A stretch of 52,882 nt of DNA from Bacillota bacterium (GCA_040880305.1 JBBDIP010000006.1:1-52882), one strand, 5' to 3'. Shown: positions 10,239 through 19,843, counted from the first letter of the stretch. Numbers and translations: made by a program. The notes: generated by a model not told the origin, from the letters alone.

Positions 10239-10658
10239 ATGCCATCAGGCGTTCAAAAGTACAGTGTCATAGTCGAGCGAGAGGGACCAAACAAGGCTGT
10301 GGCCCGGACGCGGGGACACACGCTCGTCTTGAACGCTGAGAAGGGGCGAGGGGAGGCCGGCTTCAACGCGGCGGAGACGCTCATGTCCGCCCTTGGAGCT
10401 TGCCTCATGACCAACCTGAACAGCCTGGCAGAGAAGATGCACTTGGCGATTGATAATGCCACCCTGGAGATCAACGCTGTGCGCCTGGACGACCCTCCGG
10501 GGATAAGCGAACTGATATATGTCTTGACGCTGGTCAGCAACGAGCCTACCGAGAGACTCGAGCAGCTCCATGACCTATCCGTCAAGTGGGGAACGGTGAC
10601 GAATACTCTGACGCACGGGGTGCAGACCGTGGGTACGCTCAGAATCGAGCGCCCGTAG
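10239..10658 (+). CDS. OsmC-family protein
   Basis: G(F)NAAETLMSALGAC motif; second Cys replaced (KWGTVTNTL). Confidence 0.8.
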   Translation: MPSGVQKYSVIVEREGPNKAVARTRGHTLVLNAEKGRGEAGFNAAETLMSALGACLMTNLNSLAEKMHLAIDNATLEINAVRLDDPPGISELIYVLTLVSNEPTERLEQLHDLSVKWGTVTNTLTHGVQTVGTLRIERP

Positions 10659-10702
10659 GAATAGGGGTTCGCCCCCTTCCTAATTCTAAGTAGACTCACA
10701 AG

Positions 10703-10726
10703 ATGGCTATTTGGTAATATAGTATT
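10703..10726 (+). promoter_or_regulatory. Degenerate operator copy 4 upstream of arsR (ATGGCTAT-TTGGTAAT-ATAGTATT)
   Basis: Perfect left arm, same 8-bp spacer, partial right arm. Confidence 0.55.
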
Positions 10727-10761
10727 TGGCTGGCCTGACGCGGGGAAGGGAGGAGACAGAT

Positions 10762-11118
10762 TTGAAGAAGCCTTTGGAAGATGTCCAGGCGGCGGTCTTC
10801 AAGGCGCTCGGGCATCCCACCAGGACAAGGATTGTGTCCATCCTTGCTCGAGATCGAGGGAAGTGCGTGTGTGACCTGGTGGACCAACTGGGGTATGACC
10901 AGTCGACCGTATCGAAGCACCTGGCGGTGCTGAAAACGGTAGGTATCCTGAAGTCGACCAAGCAAGGACTCAACGTCATCTACGAGATCGGCATGCCCTG
11001 TGTCGCTCAGTTCCTGAAGTGTGTAGAGTGCGTCGCAACCAGCGATGCTGAGGAACCTCAGTGCGGTTCCTGCAAGATGTGCGGGACGGGTGAACCGTCT
11101 CCTGTGGGAGGTCACTAG
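10762..11118 (+). CDS. ArsR/SmtB-family repressor with Cys-rich C-terminus
   Basis: FKALGHPTR, KCVCDL, QSTVSKHLAVLK; tail PCVAQFLKCVEC...CGSCKMC; RBS GGAGG. Confidence 0.9.
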   Translation: MKKPLEDVQAAVFKALGHPTRTRIVSILARDRGKCVCDLVDQLGYDQSTVSKHLAVLKTVGILKSTKQGLNVIYEIGMPCVAQFLKCVECVATSDAEEPQCGSCKMCGTGEPSPVGGH

Positions 11119-11123
11119 TTCAA

Positions 11124-12293
11124 ATGAAAGAAAGCCAGAAACTTGCCCTAATCGTAGCCATATTCCTGGCAATCTACTACGCTCCTCTCGGGAGCGCGCG
11201 AGTGCAGGGCGCCTTCCTCGAGGGGCTTTACATGCTGCAGGAGTACGCAAGGCAGCATGTGCTGACCTGCCTCATCCCGGCCTTCTTCATTGCCGGCGCC
11301 ATGCAGAACTTCGTGTCGACGCAGTCGGTCATGCGGTACCTCGGTAAGGGAGCCAAGCAGTGGGTGGCCTACGCCGTTGCGGCAGTCTCCGGAGCCATCC
11401 TGGCCGTCTGCTCCTGTACCGTTCTTCCGCTCTTCATGGGGATCTACAAGCGGGGAGCCGGCCTTGGCCCGGCCAGCGCCTTCCTGTATTCTGGACCGGC
11501 GATAAACGTCCTGGCCATTATCATGACCGCGCGCATCCTGGGATGGCAAATCGGCTTGGCCAGAGCGATTGGAGCCGTTCTGTTCTCTATAGTGATCGGC
11601 GTAATAATGGCGAACGTCTTCCGAGAGGAAGAAGCGGAGCGCCAGAAGGGTTTCGAGGCCGCGCCTCCTGAGCAGGGCGGCCGGAACCTCGCCCAGACTG
11701 CGGCGTACTTCGGCGTCCTGGTCCTTATCCTGGTGTTTGCCGCGTGGGCCAAGCCCGCGGAGAAGGTAGGACTCTTCTACAGCGTGTTCACAGTCAAGTG
11801 GTACCTGACCATCGCGCTTCTAGGCGTCCTGGCGTACATGCTGAAGCGTTGGTTCCAGCCTGACGAACTGGTGCCTTGGATGACTTCGACCTGGGATTTC
11901 GCCAAGAAGATCCTGCCCCTTCTGCTTGGAGGGGTCCTTGTGGCAGGGGTCCTTATGGGTAGACCGGGTGTGGATGCCGGGCTCATACGCTCTCAGTACG
12001 TCGCGTCGATAGTAGGAGGCAACTCTCTCCTATCCAACTTCATAGCGTCGATTTCAGGCGCTTTCATGTACTTCGCGACCCTGACTGAGATACCCATCAT
12101 CCAGGGCTTGGTGGGGTCGGGGATGGGGCAGGGACCGGCTCTGGCTCTGCTCCTGGCAGGTCCGGCTTTGAGTCTGCCCAGCATGATCGTCATCAACAGC
12201 ACTCTAGGCTTCAAGAAGACACTGGTCTACGTGAGCTTGGTCACGGTCATGGCAACCGTCTGCGGCATGCTCTTCGGCGCGGTGGTTGCCTGA
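11124..12293 (+). CDS. ArsP-like (DUF318) permease
   Basis: HVLTCLIPAFFIAG, LAVCSCTVLPLF, MYFATLTEIPI, LLAGPALSLP; many TM segments. Confidence 0.85.
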   Translation: MKESQKLALIVAIFLAIYYAPLGSARVQGAFLEGLYMLQEYARQHVLTCLIPAFFIAGAMQNFVSTQSVMRYLGKGAKQWVAYAVAAVSGAILAVCSCTVLPLFMGIYKRGAGLGPASAFLYSGPAINVLAIIMTARILGWQIGLARAIGAVLFSIVIGVIMANVFREEEAERQKGFEAAPPEQGGRNLAQTAAYFGVLVLILVFAAWAKPAEKVGLFYSVFTVKWYLTIALLGVLAYMLKRWFQPDELVPWMTSTWDFAKKILPLLLGGVLVAGVLMGRPGVDAGLIRSQYVASIVGGNSLLSNFIASISGAFMYFATLTEIPIIQGLVGSGMGQGPALALLLAGPALSLPSMIVINSTLGFKKTLVYVSLVTVMATVCGMLFGAVVA

Positions 12294-12331
12294 TCCTAAT
12301 AGAGAACCAATACACTAGGAGGCAAAGAGCA

Positions 12332-12565
12332 ATGAAGGTCGAGGTTCTGGGTACCGGTTGCCCGAAGTGCAAGAAGACGGAGGCTGTAATTCGCGGGGTC
12401 CTTGCTAAGCTACAGCTCGAGGCTGAAGTCGTGGACGTGACCGACATCAACCAGATCATGGCGCGCGGCGTCATGATGACTCCCGCCGTGTTCGTTGACG
12501 GGGTCAAGGTGATGGAAGGCAAGGTCCCGAGCGAGGCCGAAGCGGCGGCGTTCCTCAGGAAGTAG
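12332..12565 (+). CDS. Small thioredoxin-like protein (Thioredoxin_3/MTH895 type)
   Basis: VLGTGCPKC and GVMMTPAVFVDG. Confidence 0.9.
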   Translation: MKVEVLGTGCPKCKKTEAVIRGVLAKLQLEAEVVDVTDINQIMARGVMMTPAVFVDGVKVMEGKVPSEAEAAAFLRK

Positions 12566-12714
12566 GTCGACAAAGCGGCTGTCCGGAAGCCGGGGGTCCA
12601 TGAACGGGAGGGCTCCCGGCCTCTTCTTTCAGGACTTATCATGGATGGTCACGCCTGATTGCGGGACCGGGAATGTTGGGTATTAGCGCGGGTCATGTGG
12701 GAGGCTGAGGTTTT

Positions 12715-13194
12715 GTGAGCAATTACATACTCTATGGGATGACGGCCGCGTTGCTCGCCGTGTCTTACTTCAAAGACCGGAAGAAGACGAGAGTCGCTTT
12801 GATGAAAGCTTGGAAGTCGTTTGAAAACATCCTGCCCGACTTCCTGGGAGTCATAACGCTGGTCGGCGTTCTGATTGCCGCCCTCAACCCCCAGGTGATA
12901 TCAAGGATACTTGGGTCCCAGGCAGGTTGGCTGGGTGTAATGCTGGCGGCCATTGTGGGTGCAATCACTCTCATCCCCGGGTTCGTGGCGTTCCCCATGG
13001 CGGCCATCCTCTTGCAAAACGGGGCTGGCTACATGCAGATGGGCGCCTTTATCTCCACGCTGATGATGGTTGGAGTTGTCACGCTCCCCGTCGAATTCAA
13101 GTACTTCGGGAAGAGACTGTCTCTCCTCCGCAACTCGTTGGCCTTCATCTTCTCTTTCCTGGTAGCGTTCATCATCCAGAAGGTGGTGGGCTAG
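12715..13194 (+). CDS. Small DUF318-type permease subunit A
   Basis: GAITLIPGFVAFP and FISTLMMVG; hydrophobic. Confidence 0.75.
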   Translation: MSNYILYGMTAALLAVSYFKDRKKTRVALMKAWKSFENILPDFLGVITLVGVLIAALNPQVISRILGSQAGWLGVMLAAIVGAITLIPGFVAFPMAAILLQNGAGYMQMGAFISTLMMVGVVTLPVEFKYFGKRLSLLRNSLAFIFSFLVAFIIQKVVG

Positions 13195-13195
13195 C

Positions 13196-13726
13196 ATGAA
13201 ACTCCTGAAGAGGTATCGGTTCTTCCTAGCTACAGTGGCAGTAACCTTCGCTATATTCCTGCTGAACAGGCCTCTCGGAATCAAGGCAGCCCAGACTACC
13301 GTGTACAGTCTCAAGGAGATGGCTCTGGTCATCCCGCCGGTCTTCGTGCTTCTAGGACTCCTGGACGTCTGGGTCCCCAAAGAGATGATGATGCGCCTCA
13401 TGGGCGAGAAGTCGGGGCTGCTCGGGATAGTCCTCGCGATAATCCTTGGGTCTGCCGCGGCGGGACCCCTCTACGGCGCTTTCCCGGTTGCCGCCGTGTT
13501 CATGCGCAAGGGGGTCAAGTTCGCCAATATCCTGATATTCATCGGGGCCTGGTCCACCACCAAGATTCCGATGCTCCTTTTTGAGATGTCGGCGCTAGGT
13601 GCCAAGTTCGCGCTCACGCGGCTAGCGGTGGATATCCCCGGGATCATCCTGATAGGTTACATTTTGCAGTCCCTAATACCGGCCAAAGATGTGGAGAAGC
13701 TTTACAAGGCAGCGGAGTCGCTCTAG
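13196..13726 (+). CDS. Small DUF318-type permease subunit B
   Basis: LLGLLDVWVP, AAGPLYGAFP, GAWSTTKIPM. Confidence 0.75.
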   Translation: MKLLKRYRFFLATVAVTFAIFLLNRPLGIKAAQTTVYSLKEMALVIPPVFVLLGLLDVWVPKEMMMRLMGEKSGLLGIVLAIILGSAAAGPLYGAFPVAAVFMRKGVKFANILIFIGAWSTTKIPMLLFEMSALGAKFALTRLAVDIPGIILIGYILQSLIPAKDVEKLYKAAESL

Positions 13727-15261
13727 GAGCCTGTGCGCCTAATGACTTAATGAGCAGGTAGAATGGACGACTTTGGAGAAACAGGTTGTACCATGGGAAA
13801 AGTGTACAGAGACTACGAACCAGACCAGCTGCTCTTGCTTCCTCCGTCCCTTAGGGACTGGTTGCCCGAAGGGCACCTCGCTTTCTTCATCAGCGACACC
13901 GTGGACCAACTGGATATCAGTGCTACCCAGAATCAGTACGAGGAGGAACTCAGGGGTTACCCGCCTTACCACCCACGGATGATGCTGAAGATCCTGGTTT
14001 ACAGCTACTGCGTTGGGGTGCGTTCCTCCCGGAAGATAGCCAGGAGAGTAGAGGAAGACGTGGCGTTCCGGTTCCTTTCAGGCGGCAACATGCCCAAGTT
14101 CCGCAGCATCGCTGAGTTCAGGCAGAGGCACCTCAAGACCTTCAAGAAGTTGTTCCTGCAAGTGCTGCTCATGTGCCGGGAGAACGGCCTGGTGAAACTG
14201 GGCCACGTCGCCCTGGACGGGACCAAGGTGAAAGCAAACGCCTCGAAGCACAAGGCCATGAGTTACGGGCGGATGAAGACCGAAGAAGAACGACTGGCGA
14301 GAGAGATAGACGAGATGGTGCGTGAAGCGGCCAAGATAGACGAGACCGAAGACCGGAGACTGGGTCCGGACAAACGCGGGGACGAACTGCCTGAGGAACT
14401 GGCTCACAGGGAGACCAGGCTTAAGAAGATCCGGGAGGCCAAAGAGGCTTTGGAGAAGCGGGCTAAAGTTGAGGCGGAAGCCAAGAGGGAGCACACGGAT
14501 GACGACGAGCCACCCAAGGATGCCGGCCGAAGCCGAGCGACCAGATGAACTTCACCGACTCGGATTCGCGGATCATGGTGGACAGCAACAAGTCTTTTGT
14601 GCAGGCCACCCGCCTTCGGCGGGTCCCCGACGCTCAAGCGGCGGTGGACAGCAAGTCACAGGTCATAGTGGCGAACGACGTGACCAATCAGAGCAACGAC
14701 AAGAAGCAGGTCAGGCCCATGGTATCGGCTATTAGGTCTAACCTGGACGTGGTACCCGATCATCTTTCCGCTGACGCCGGCTATTTCAGCGAGAGCAACG
14801 TGAAGTGGCTGATTCAAGAGAGGGTCGCTCCTTACATACCTCCCAGGAAGCAGAAGCACAACCAGCCCAGGGTATCTCCCCGTGGTCCGATCACCCCTGA
14901 CATGACGGTCGCGCAACTGATGGAGCGCAAGTTACGGACCAGACGGGGACGAGAGTTCTACAAGAAACGGAAAGCGATAGTGGAACCGGTGTTTGGACAG
15001 ATCAAGGAAGCGATGGGGTTCAGGCAGTTCCTGGTGCGAGGGCTGACCAAAGTGAAAGCCGAATGGGACCTTATCTGCATGTGCCACAACCTGAAGAAGC
15101 TGCACCTGGCAGGGGTAAAGGGGTAAGGAAAGAAGGCGGAGAGCCCAAGACTCCGACGTAGTATCCGCTTGAACTGACCTTCTTCACGGTCTCGCCCCCG
15201 TCAAAGCAGTCAACGCTATCAGCCATCGGCTTCTACTTGCATCAGTTAGGCGCACAGGCTC
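13727..15261 (+). mobile_element. IS1182-family insertion sequence
   Basis: Perfect 16-bp TIRs GAGCCTGTGCGCCTAA (13727-13742) and TTAGGCGCACAGGCTC (15246-15261), flanked by CTAG at 13723-13726 and 15262-15265. Confidence 0.92.
13793..15126 (+). pseudogene. IS1182 DDE transposase split by a frameshift near 14540
   Basis: LLPPSLRDWLPEGHL, YHPRMMLK, LDGTKVKANASK | NFTDSDSRIM, ADAGYFSE, VEPVFGQIK in two frames. Confidence 0.88.
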
Positions 15262-15307
15262 CTAGGTCCCCGCCCGATTCGCAAACTCACAAAGGGAGGA
15301 CACCCGG

Positions 15308-15658
15308 TTGAAGTACCTCTTCATCTTGAATGACCCGCCCTACGGGACTGAGCGGTCTTACAACGGTCTACGGCTGGTCAACTCCCTCGCTCAGAACGAG
15401 AGCACCGAAGTAAGGGTATTTCTCATGGGGGACGCCGCCTTCTGCGCCAAGGCAGGTCAGAATACGCCGAACGGCTACTACAACCTGGAGAAGATGATTG
15501 CCGTCGCCATCAAGAGGGGCGTCATCATCGGGATCTGCGGTTCGTGTATGGATGCGCGCGGTCTCACAAGTGAGGAGATAGCCGCAGGTACTTCTCGTGG
15601 TTCCCTGCAGATCCTAGCAGAGTGGACGGAGTGGGCTGACAAGGTCCTGGTTTTCTGA
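15308..15658 (+). CDS. DsrE/YchN-family sulfur-relay protein
   Basis: ND.PYGTERSYNGLRL, FLMGDA, CGSCMDARG, WADKVLVF. Confidence 0.88.
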   Translation: MKYLFILNDPPYGTERSYNGLRLVNSLAQNESTEVRVFLMGDAAFCAKAGQNTPNGYYNLEKMIAVAIKRGVIIGICGSCMDARGLTSEEIAAGTSRGSLQILAEWTEWADKVLVF

Positions 15659-15728
15659 TCTAGGGTCAATGCAGTTTTCCATGCGGCAATTCTCGAAAGC
15701 AGATCATGTGACACGGGGGGTGTTCGGC

Positions 15729-16289
15729 TTGCTCAAAGGGGAAAAGGTCACTCTTCGACCCCTCGACCTGAATGACGTAGAAGATATGGTTCGCTGGGCG
15801 CTCGACGTCGAGCTCAACATACTTGGCGGCTGGCCGGATCTTTCGTCGATCGCGAAGCGGAGGGACCGGTTTGAGAAGCGCATTAAGGACCCGCCCGAGG
15901 ACCTAGTGCAGATGGCCATTGAGGTTGACAGCAAGCCCATAGGCGAGATCGCCTTCCACCACGTTGACTGGGAACAGCAGCGCGGCGAGATCGGCATTTC
16001 CATAGAGAAGCCCTACTGGGGCAAAGGTTACGGCAAGGACGCGGTGGTGACTTTCCTGCAGTACTTGTTCCTGGTGAGGAACATCCGCAAGGCTGCCGCC
16101 CAGAGCTACGATTTCAACCAGGCTTCCATCTCGCTGTTCAAATCCGTCGGGTTCACGCAGGAGGGCCTGCTCCGGAGCCACGAGTTCACCACCGGCGCAT
16201 GGCGGGACATGTACGTCTTCGGAATGCTGCGGGACGAGTTCCTGGAGCGCTACCCCAACCGGCGGTACCCGGTGCCAAAACGGGTATGA
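15729..16289 (+). CDS. GNAT N-acetyltransferase (RimJ/RimL type)
   Basis: GEKVTLRP, YWGKGYG, NQASISLFKSVGFTQEG; start codon uncertain. Confidence 0.85.
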   Translation: MLKGEKVTLRPLDLNDVEDMVRWALDVELNILGGWPDLSSIAKRRDRFEKRIKDPPEDLVQMAIEVDSKPIGEIAFHHVDWEQQRGEIGISIEKPYWGKGYGKDAVVTFLQYLFLVRNIRKAAAQSYDFNQASISLFKSVGFTQEGLLRSHEFTTGAWRDMYVFGMLRDEFLERYPNRRYPVPKRV

Positions 16290-16307
16290 AGTTGCGAAGA
16301 CACTAGA

Positions 16308-17528
16308 TCAGATAAGATTCATCGGGATGATCATATCTTCACCCTTAAGCGTGGCGAGATCATCATAAAGGCAGATGACGCCACCTGTACCCCGTTTGAC
16401 CTCGCCTAAGGTGTCGAGCACGCTGAAGGCTCCGATGTCGCTCGTGTCCGGGTTGGCGGACTTCTTGATCTCGACCGGGTAAAGGATACCGTTTTGCATA
16501 ATCAGCAAGTCGATTTCGCGACCGTCCTTGTCGCGGTAATAGTAGATCGGAGGCTCAGAGATCCCGGCATTGTAGTAGCTTTTCACTATCTCCGCGATTA
16601 CGAAGGTTTCAAAAAAGGCGCCTGCCATCGCGCCGTTTTCCAGCACGTCGGGCGTGTTCCATCTTGTGAGATATGCAGCGAGCCCGGTGTCCAGAAAGTA
16701 CATTTTGGGAGATTTGACTATCCGTTTGGTTACGTTGTTGAAATAGGGCTGTAGCAAGTAAATGGTATTGGATGCGCGCAGGATGGATATCCACCGCTCG
16801 ACGGTGGGCTGGCTCACGCCCACGTCTCTTGAGATGGACGTGCAATTCAGCATTTGGCCGGTCCTGCTTGCCACAGCGGTCATGAAAGCCATGAACTTCA
16901 TCTCATCACCGATCTGCGCGAGTTCCCGCACATCCCGTTCAATGTAGGTGCGGGTGTACCCTGAGTAGAACATCTGCCAGTCCATGTCACCCGCATACAT
17001 CGCGGGCATACTGCCTCGGTGAATCGTCCGCCACACGTCTTTGTAAGATATCTCTTCTAAGTGCCGTGCTCGCTTTCCAAAATAGTCACTTGTCGGCAGG
17101 AAGGGAGCGGTGAAGTCGACAGAGTGAATCTCCCGCAAGGACAGGCCGAGCAAGTTGAGAATGCTGATCCTTCCGGCCAGAGACTCGCTCACGTTCTTCA
17201 TCATCTGAAACTGCTGTGAACCAGTCAGAAAGAACTGGCCCTTCTGGCCTTCTCTATCGGCAATCATCTTGATGTATGGGAACAGATTTGGCGCATACTG
17301 TATTTCGTCAACTACGACCGGAGGCGGCGTCCGCTTGAAGAAAGTACCCGCTTCTTCTAGAGCGTTGCGAAGCATGATCGGGTCGTCCAGCGTCACATGT
17401 GCAATGTCGTGCTTCACCTCATTAAGCAGGGTGGTCTTGCCGACCTGTCTCGGACCAGAGATCATCACGGCAGGGAACATCCTCTCGACTCGCCTGATGG
17501 CTTCTTCCAGGTGCCGTCGTATGTACAT
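16308..17528 (-). CDS. AAA_14 ATPase with DUF4143 domain
   Basis: GPRQVGKTT, DEIQYAP, TGSQ, ESLAGR, KMYFLDTG, YYRD.DG.EIDL...PVEIK. Confidence 0.9.
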   Translation of the reverse strand: MYIRRHLEEAIRRVERMFPAVMISGPRQVGKTTLLNEVKHDIAHVTLDDPIMLRNALEEAGTFFKRTPPPVVVDEIQYAPNLFPYIKMIADREGQKGQFFLTGSQQFQMMKNVSESLAGRISILNLLGLSLREIHSVDFTAPFLPTSDYFGKRARHLEEISYKDVWRTIHRGSMPAMYAGDMDWQMFYSGYTRTYIERDVRELAQIGDEMKFMAFMTAVASRTGQMLNCTSISRDVGVSQPTVERWISILRASNTIYLLQPYFNNVTKRIVKSPKMYFLDTGLAAYLTRWNTPDVLENGAMAGAFFETFVIAEIVKSYYNAGISEPPIYYYRDKDGREIDLLIMQNGILYPVEIKKSANPDTSDIGAFSVLDTLGEVKRGTGGVICLYDDLATLKGEDMIIPMNLI

Positions 17529-17622
17529 GATTTGATCATCTCCGGCTGATTTAATATGCAATATCATTATAGCCGGATTACTGACGAAATAGCCATCCCA
17601 TTTCGCCTGTTTTCCTGCTTGG

Positions 17623-17647
17623 GGAACTACTTTTCACGAAATGCGTC
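17623..17647 (+). promoter_or_regulatory. ECF sigma-type promoter GGAAC-N16-CGTC
   Basis: Exact spacing, upstream of the lipoprotein RBS. Confidence 0.55.
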
Positions 17648-17685
17648 TCGATGTTACTAGGCAGCAGCACAGGAGGCAACCGGGT

Positions 17686-19133
17686 GTGATCAACTCTTTT
17701 CGCAATCTACTTCGGGGCGGGGCTTTTCTCTGCCTGTCCTGCCTGCTACTGGCTTCGCTTGTCGCGGGATGCGCGGGTCCGGCAGCGCCGCTGGACCCTA
17801 AGAAGTCGGTGCTCGACCCCCAACTGATCTTTTCGGCCGGCTTGCGGCTCGAACCCACCAAGTCGCCCGAAACCGCGGTTTCCCCTGACGGCAAGCATCT
17901 GCTCAGCGTTCGGGATAACCCTTTGGGGACCGACTTTGCGGTCGTCTCCCTCGAAGATCCGGCGGCTGAGCCGGTTAAGTTTCACAGCGTGACCAGGGAG
18001 TGGCTGAACAACGCCACGTTCGCCTACAGCGTGGTCGGTTGGGTCTCGGATTCCCGCTTCCTATTCACGATCGGAGGCTGGCAGAATCAGGGCCCGCACA
18101 AGGATGAGAGGGGCCTGGCAGTCTTTCTAGGCGACTTGTCGACCAAGGCCGCGGACGAGGTTGGATTCCTGCCGCTTCCGCTTGAGTCCCCGCCCATCAA
18201 CGCCGAGTTCTCGGTGTACGTCCCCAGTCGCAACTCTGTCGCCATCGTCGCAACGCACGCTATCTGGGAGTTCGACCTATCCGGCAGGCAGATGCGTCTC
18301 GTCAAGGAGGGCATGACTGGCCCTGATGGGGTGTTCTCGCCAGCGGTGAAGAGAAGTGCGTCCTGCCGAACGGCACGACCGTGAACTTCTGGCCCCAATG
18401 GTCCCCGGATGGCAAGTACATGGCTGTCATGACTTCCGGCAGCAAGGGCACCTCCGGTTACGACCTTGTCTACGGCGAGGCTTCACCCCTTGCCGCATCC
18501 CAATCGATAACCGTTCTCGACGCCGCCGGTGCAAAGGTCGCCAGTGTAGACTTGAGCGACAAGATGGTCGCATGCCCGTTCTGGTCGGACGATTCCGGTA
18601 CGTTGGGCTTCTTTGGAGCGACAAAGGCGACGGATGTCTTTCCCGGTCTGAGGCTGGACAGTGTGTGGGCAGCCAAGGTGTCCGCTCTGCCTAAGTTGCC
18701 GTCATCTGCAGCGCCATCGTCTCTCGTCTCCGAGAAGATCGCCGACTTCCCCTCGGGCAGCGGCCACACTTGGTACACAGAGGCGGCCTTTGTCTCCGAC
18801 GGAAGCGGCGTCTATTTCCGCACCGGCTCCTACGAGCAGGATCTGGTCTGGTTCGCATCCAAGGGCAAAGTCCCGGTCCAGGTGCTTCCCGGCAGGCAGT
18901 TGGCTTTCATAATCCGGGGTAAACCCATGGGCGTGTTCGAGGAATCCATAGTGGCTCTGACCCCGAGCGACGGCAAGGTGCTGGTCGGGCTCCTCACCGG
19001 CGGTGAGTTCAAGGCTTTTGGCGAGATGGACGAGTCCGATATCGTGGATATCGCGGGAATTGGGTCCGGTGTGCTGTTCGTCCGGGGAGCCAACGCGATG
19101 AGCGTCTTCAAGATGTATACAGAAGGCAAATAG
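17686..19133 (+). pseudogene. Beta-propeller (TolB/WD-like) lipoprotein split by a frameshift near 18340
   Basis: Lipobox LVAGC; SPDGK motifs in both ORFs (AVSPDGKH, WSPDGKY); RBS AGGAGG. Confidence 0.6.
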
Positions 19134-19161
19134 GGGCCGTACGAATAGGCCAGCCCGGTTA

Positions 19162-19188
19162 ACATAATCCGCCTCCAATACATAAGAT
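19162..19188 (+). promoter_or_regulatory. SigK/SigE-like mother-cell promoter (ACA-N16-CATAAGAT)
   Basis: Matches the AC...CATAnnnT pattern, 30 bp before the start codon. Confidence 0.5.
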
Positions 19189-19218
19189 GGACAGCACGAC
19201 GAAAGGAGGTGGAACGTA

Positions 19219-19785
19219 GTGGTTAAGATCGGTTGTAACAACAAGGTCCTGGAAGAGCTTGAGGAGATCGAAGGCTTGCTGGAGGACCCCAAGACAGGCT
19301 TGGCTGAGATCAAGCGCGAGGTCCGCGACATCGAGGAGAAACTCGATTCGCTGGCGGCGGTAAAGGGACCGCTAAGCACTGGCCCGTTCTTCATTCGGTC
19401 GGGAGAGAACAACGCGGTAAATGTCGTGGTCCAGAACGTAGGGAAGTGTCCTGCCGACGTCAAAGTCAGGCTCTTTGACTTGGGGTGCTGTCCCCCCAAA
19501 GAGGTCGACTCCGCGTGCCTTGACTGCATCAAGCGTTGCTGCACGGAGACTGCAGTCCTGACTGCGTCTGCAGGAGTCTTCGAGGTCGTATGCTGCCCGA
19601 AGGATGAGAAGGCGCCGCTTAGGGCTTTCGTCAGCGTCCACAGTGGGAACTCACCTAACTCAAACATCGAATACGTCATCAAGGCCGAGGAGATGCTTCC
19701 CCTGGTCTGCCCGTTCTGCAAGAAAGACAAGTGCCACTGCCACAAGGACCCTTGCCACAAGGACCCTTGCCGGGAATGTGAATAA
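19219..19785 (+). CDS. Cys-rich protein, putative spore coat/exosporium component
   Basis: Strong RBS AAAGGAGGT; coiled-coil N-terminus, CC pairs and a CHKDP-repeat tail. Confidence 0.6.
   Translation: MVKIGCNNKVLEELEEIEGLLEDPKTGLAEIKREVRDIEEKLDSLAAVKGPLSTGPFFIRSGENNAVNVVVQNVGKCPADVKVRLFDLGCCPPKEVDSACLDCIKRCCTETAVLTASAGVFEVVCCPKDEKAPLRAFVSVHSGNSPNSNIEYVIKAEEMLPLVCPFCKKDKCHCHKDPCHKDPCRECE
19738..19770 (+). repeat. 15-bp tandem repeat TGCCACAAGGACCCT x2.2 (CHKDP)
   Basis: Read directly from the sequence. Confidence 0.9.
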
Positions 19786-19817
19786 GCGTTCCACCTAGCA
19801 CAACAGCAACAAGAACG

Positions 19818-19843
19818 AAGGAATCCCCTTTGGGATTCCTTTT
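19818..19843 (+). terminator. Rho-independent terminator
   Basis: AAGGAATCCC-CTTT-GGGATTCCTT followed by TT. Confidence 0.65.

Noticed and set aside
17573-17596. Fifth operator copy (ATAGCCAT at 17589)
   Set aside because: Only a half-site; the left arm CCGGATTA does not match.
18702-19760. 352-aa minus-strand ORF
   Set aside because: Spans two plus-strand genes and an intergenic region, with Ser-rich shadow composition.
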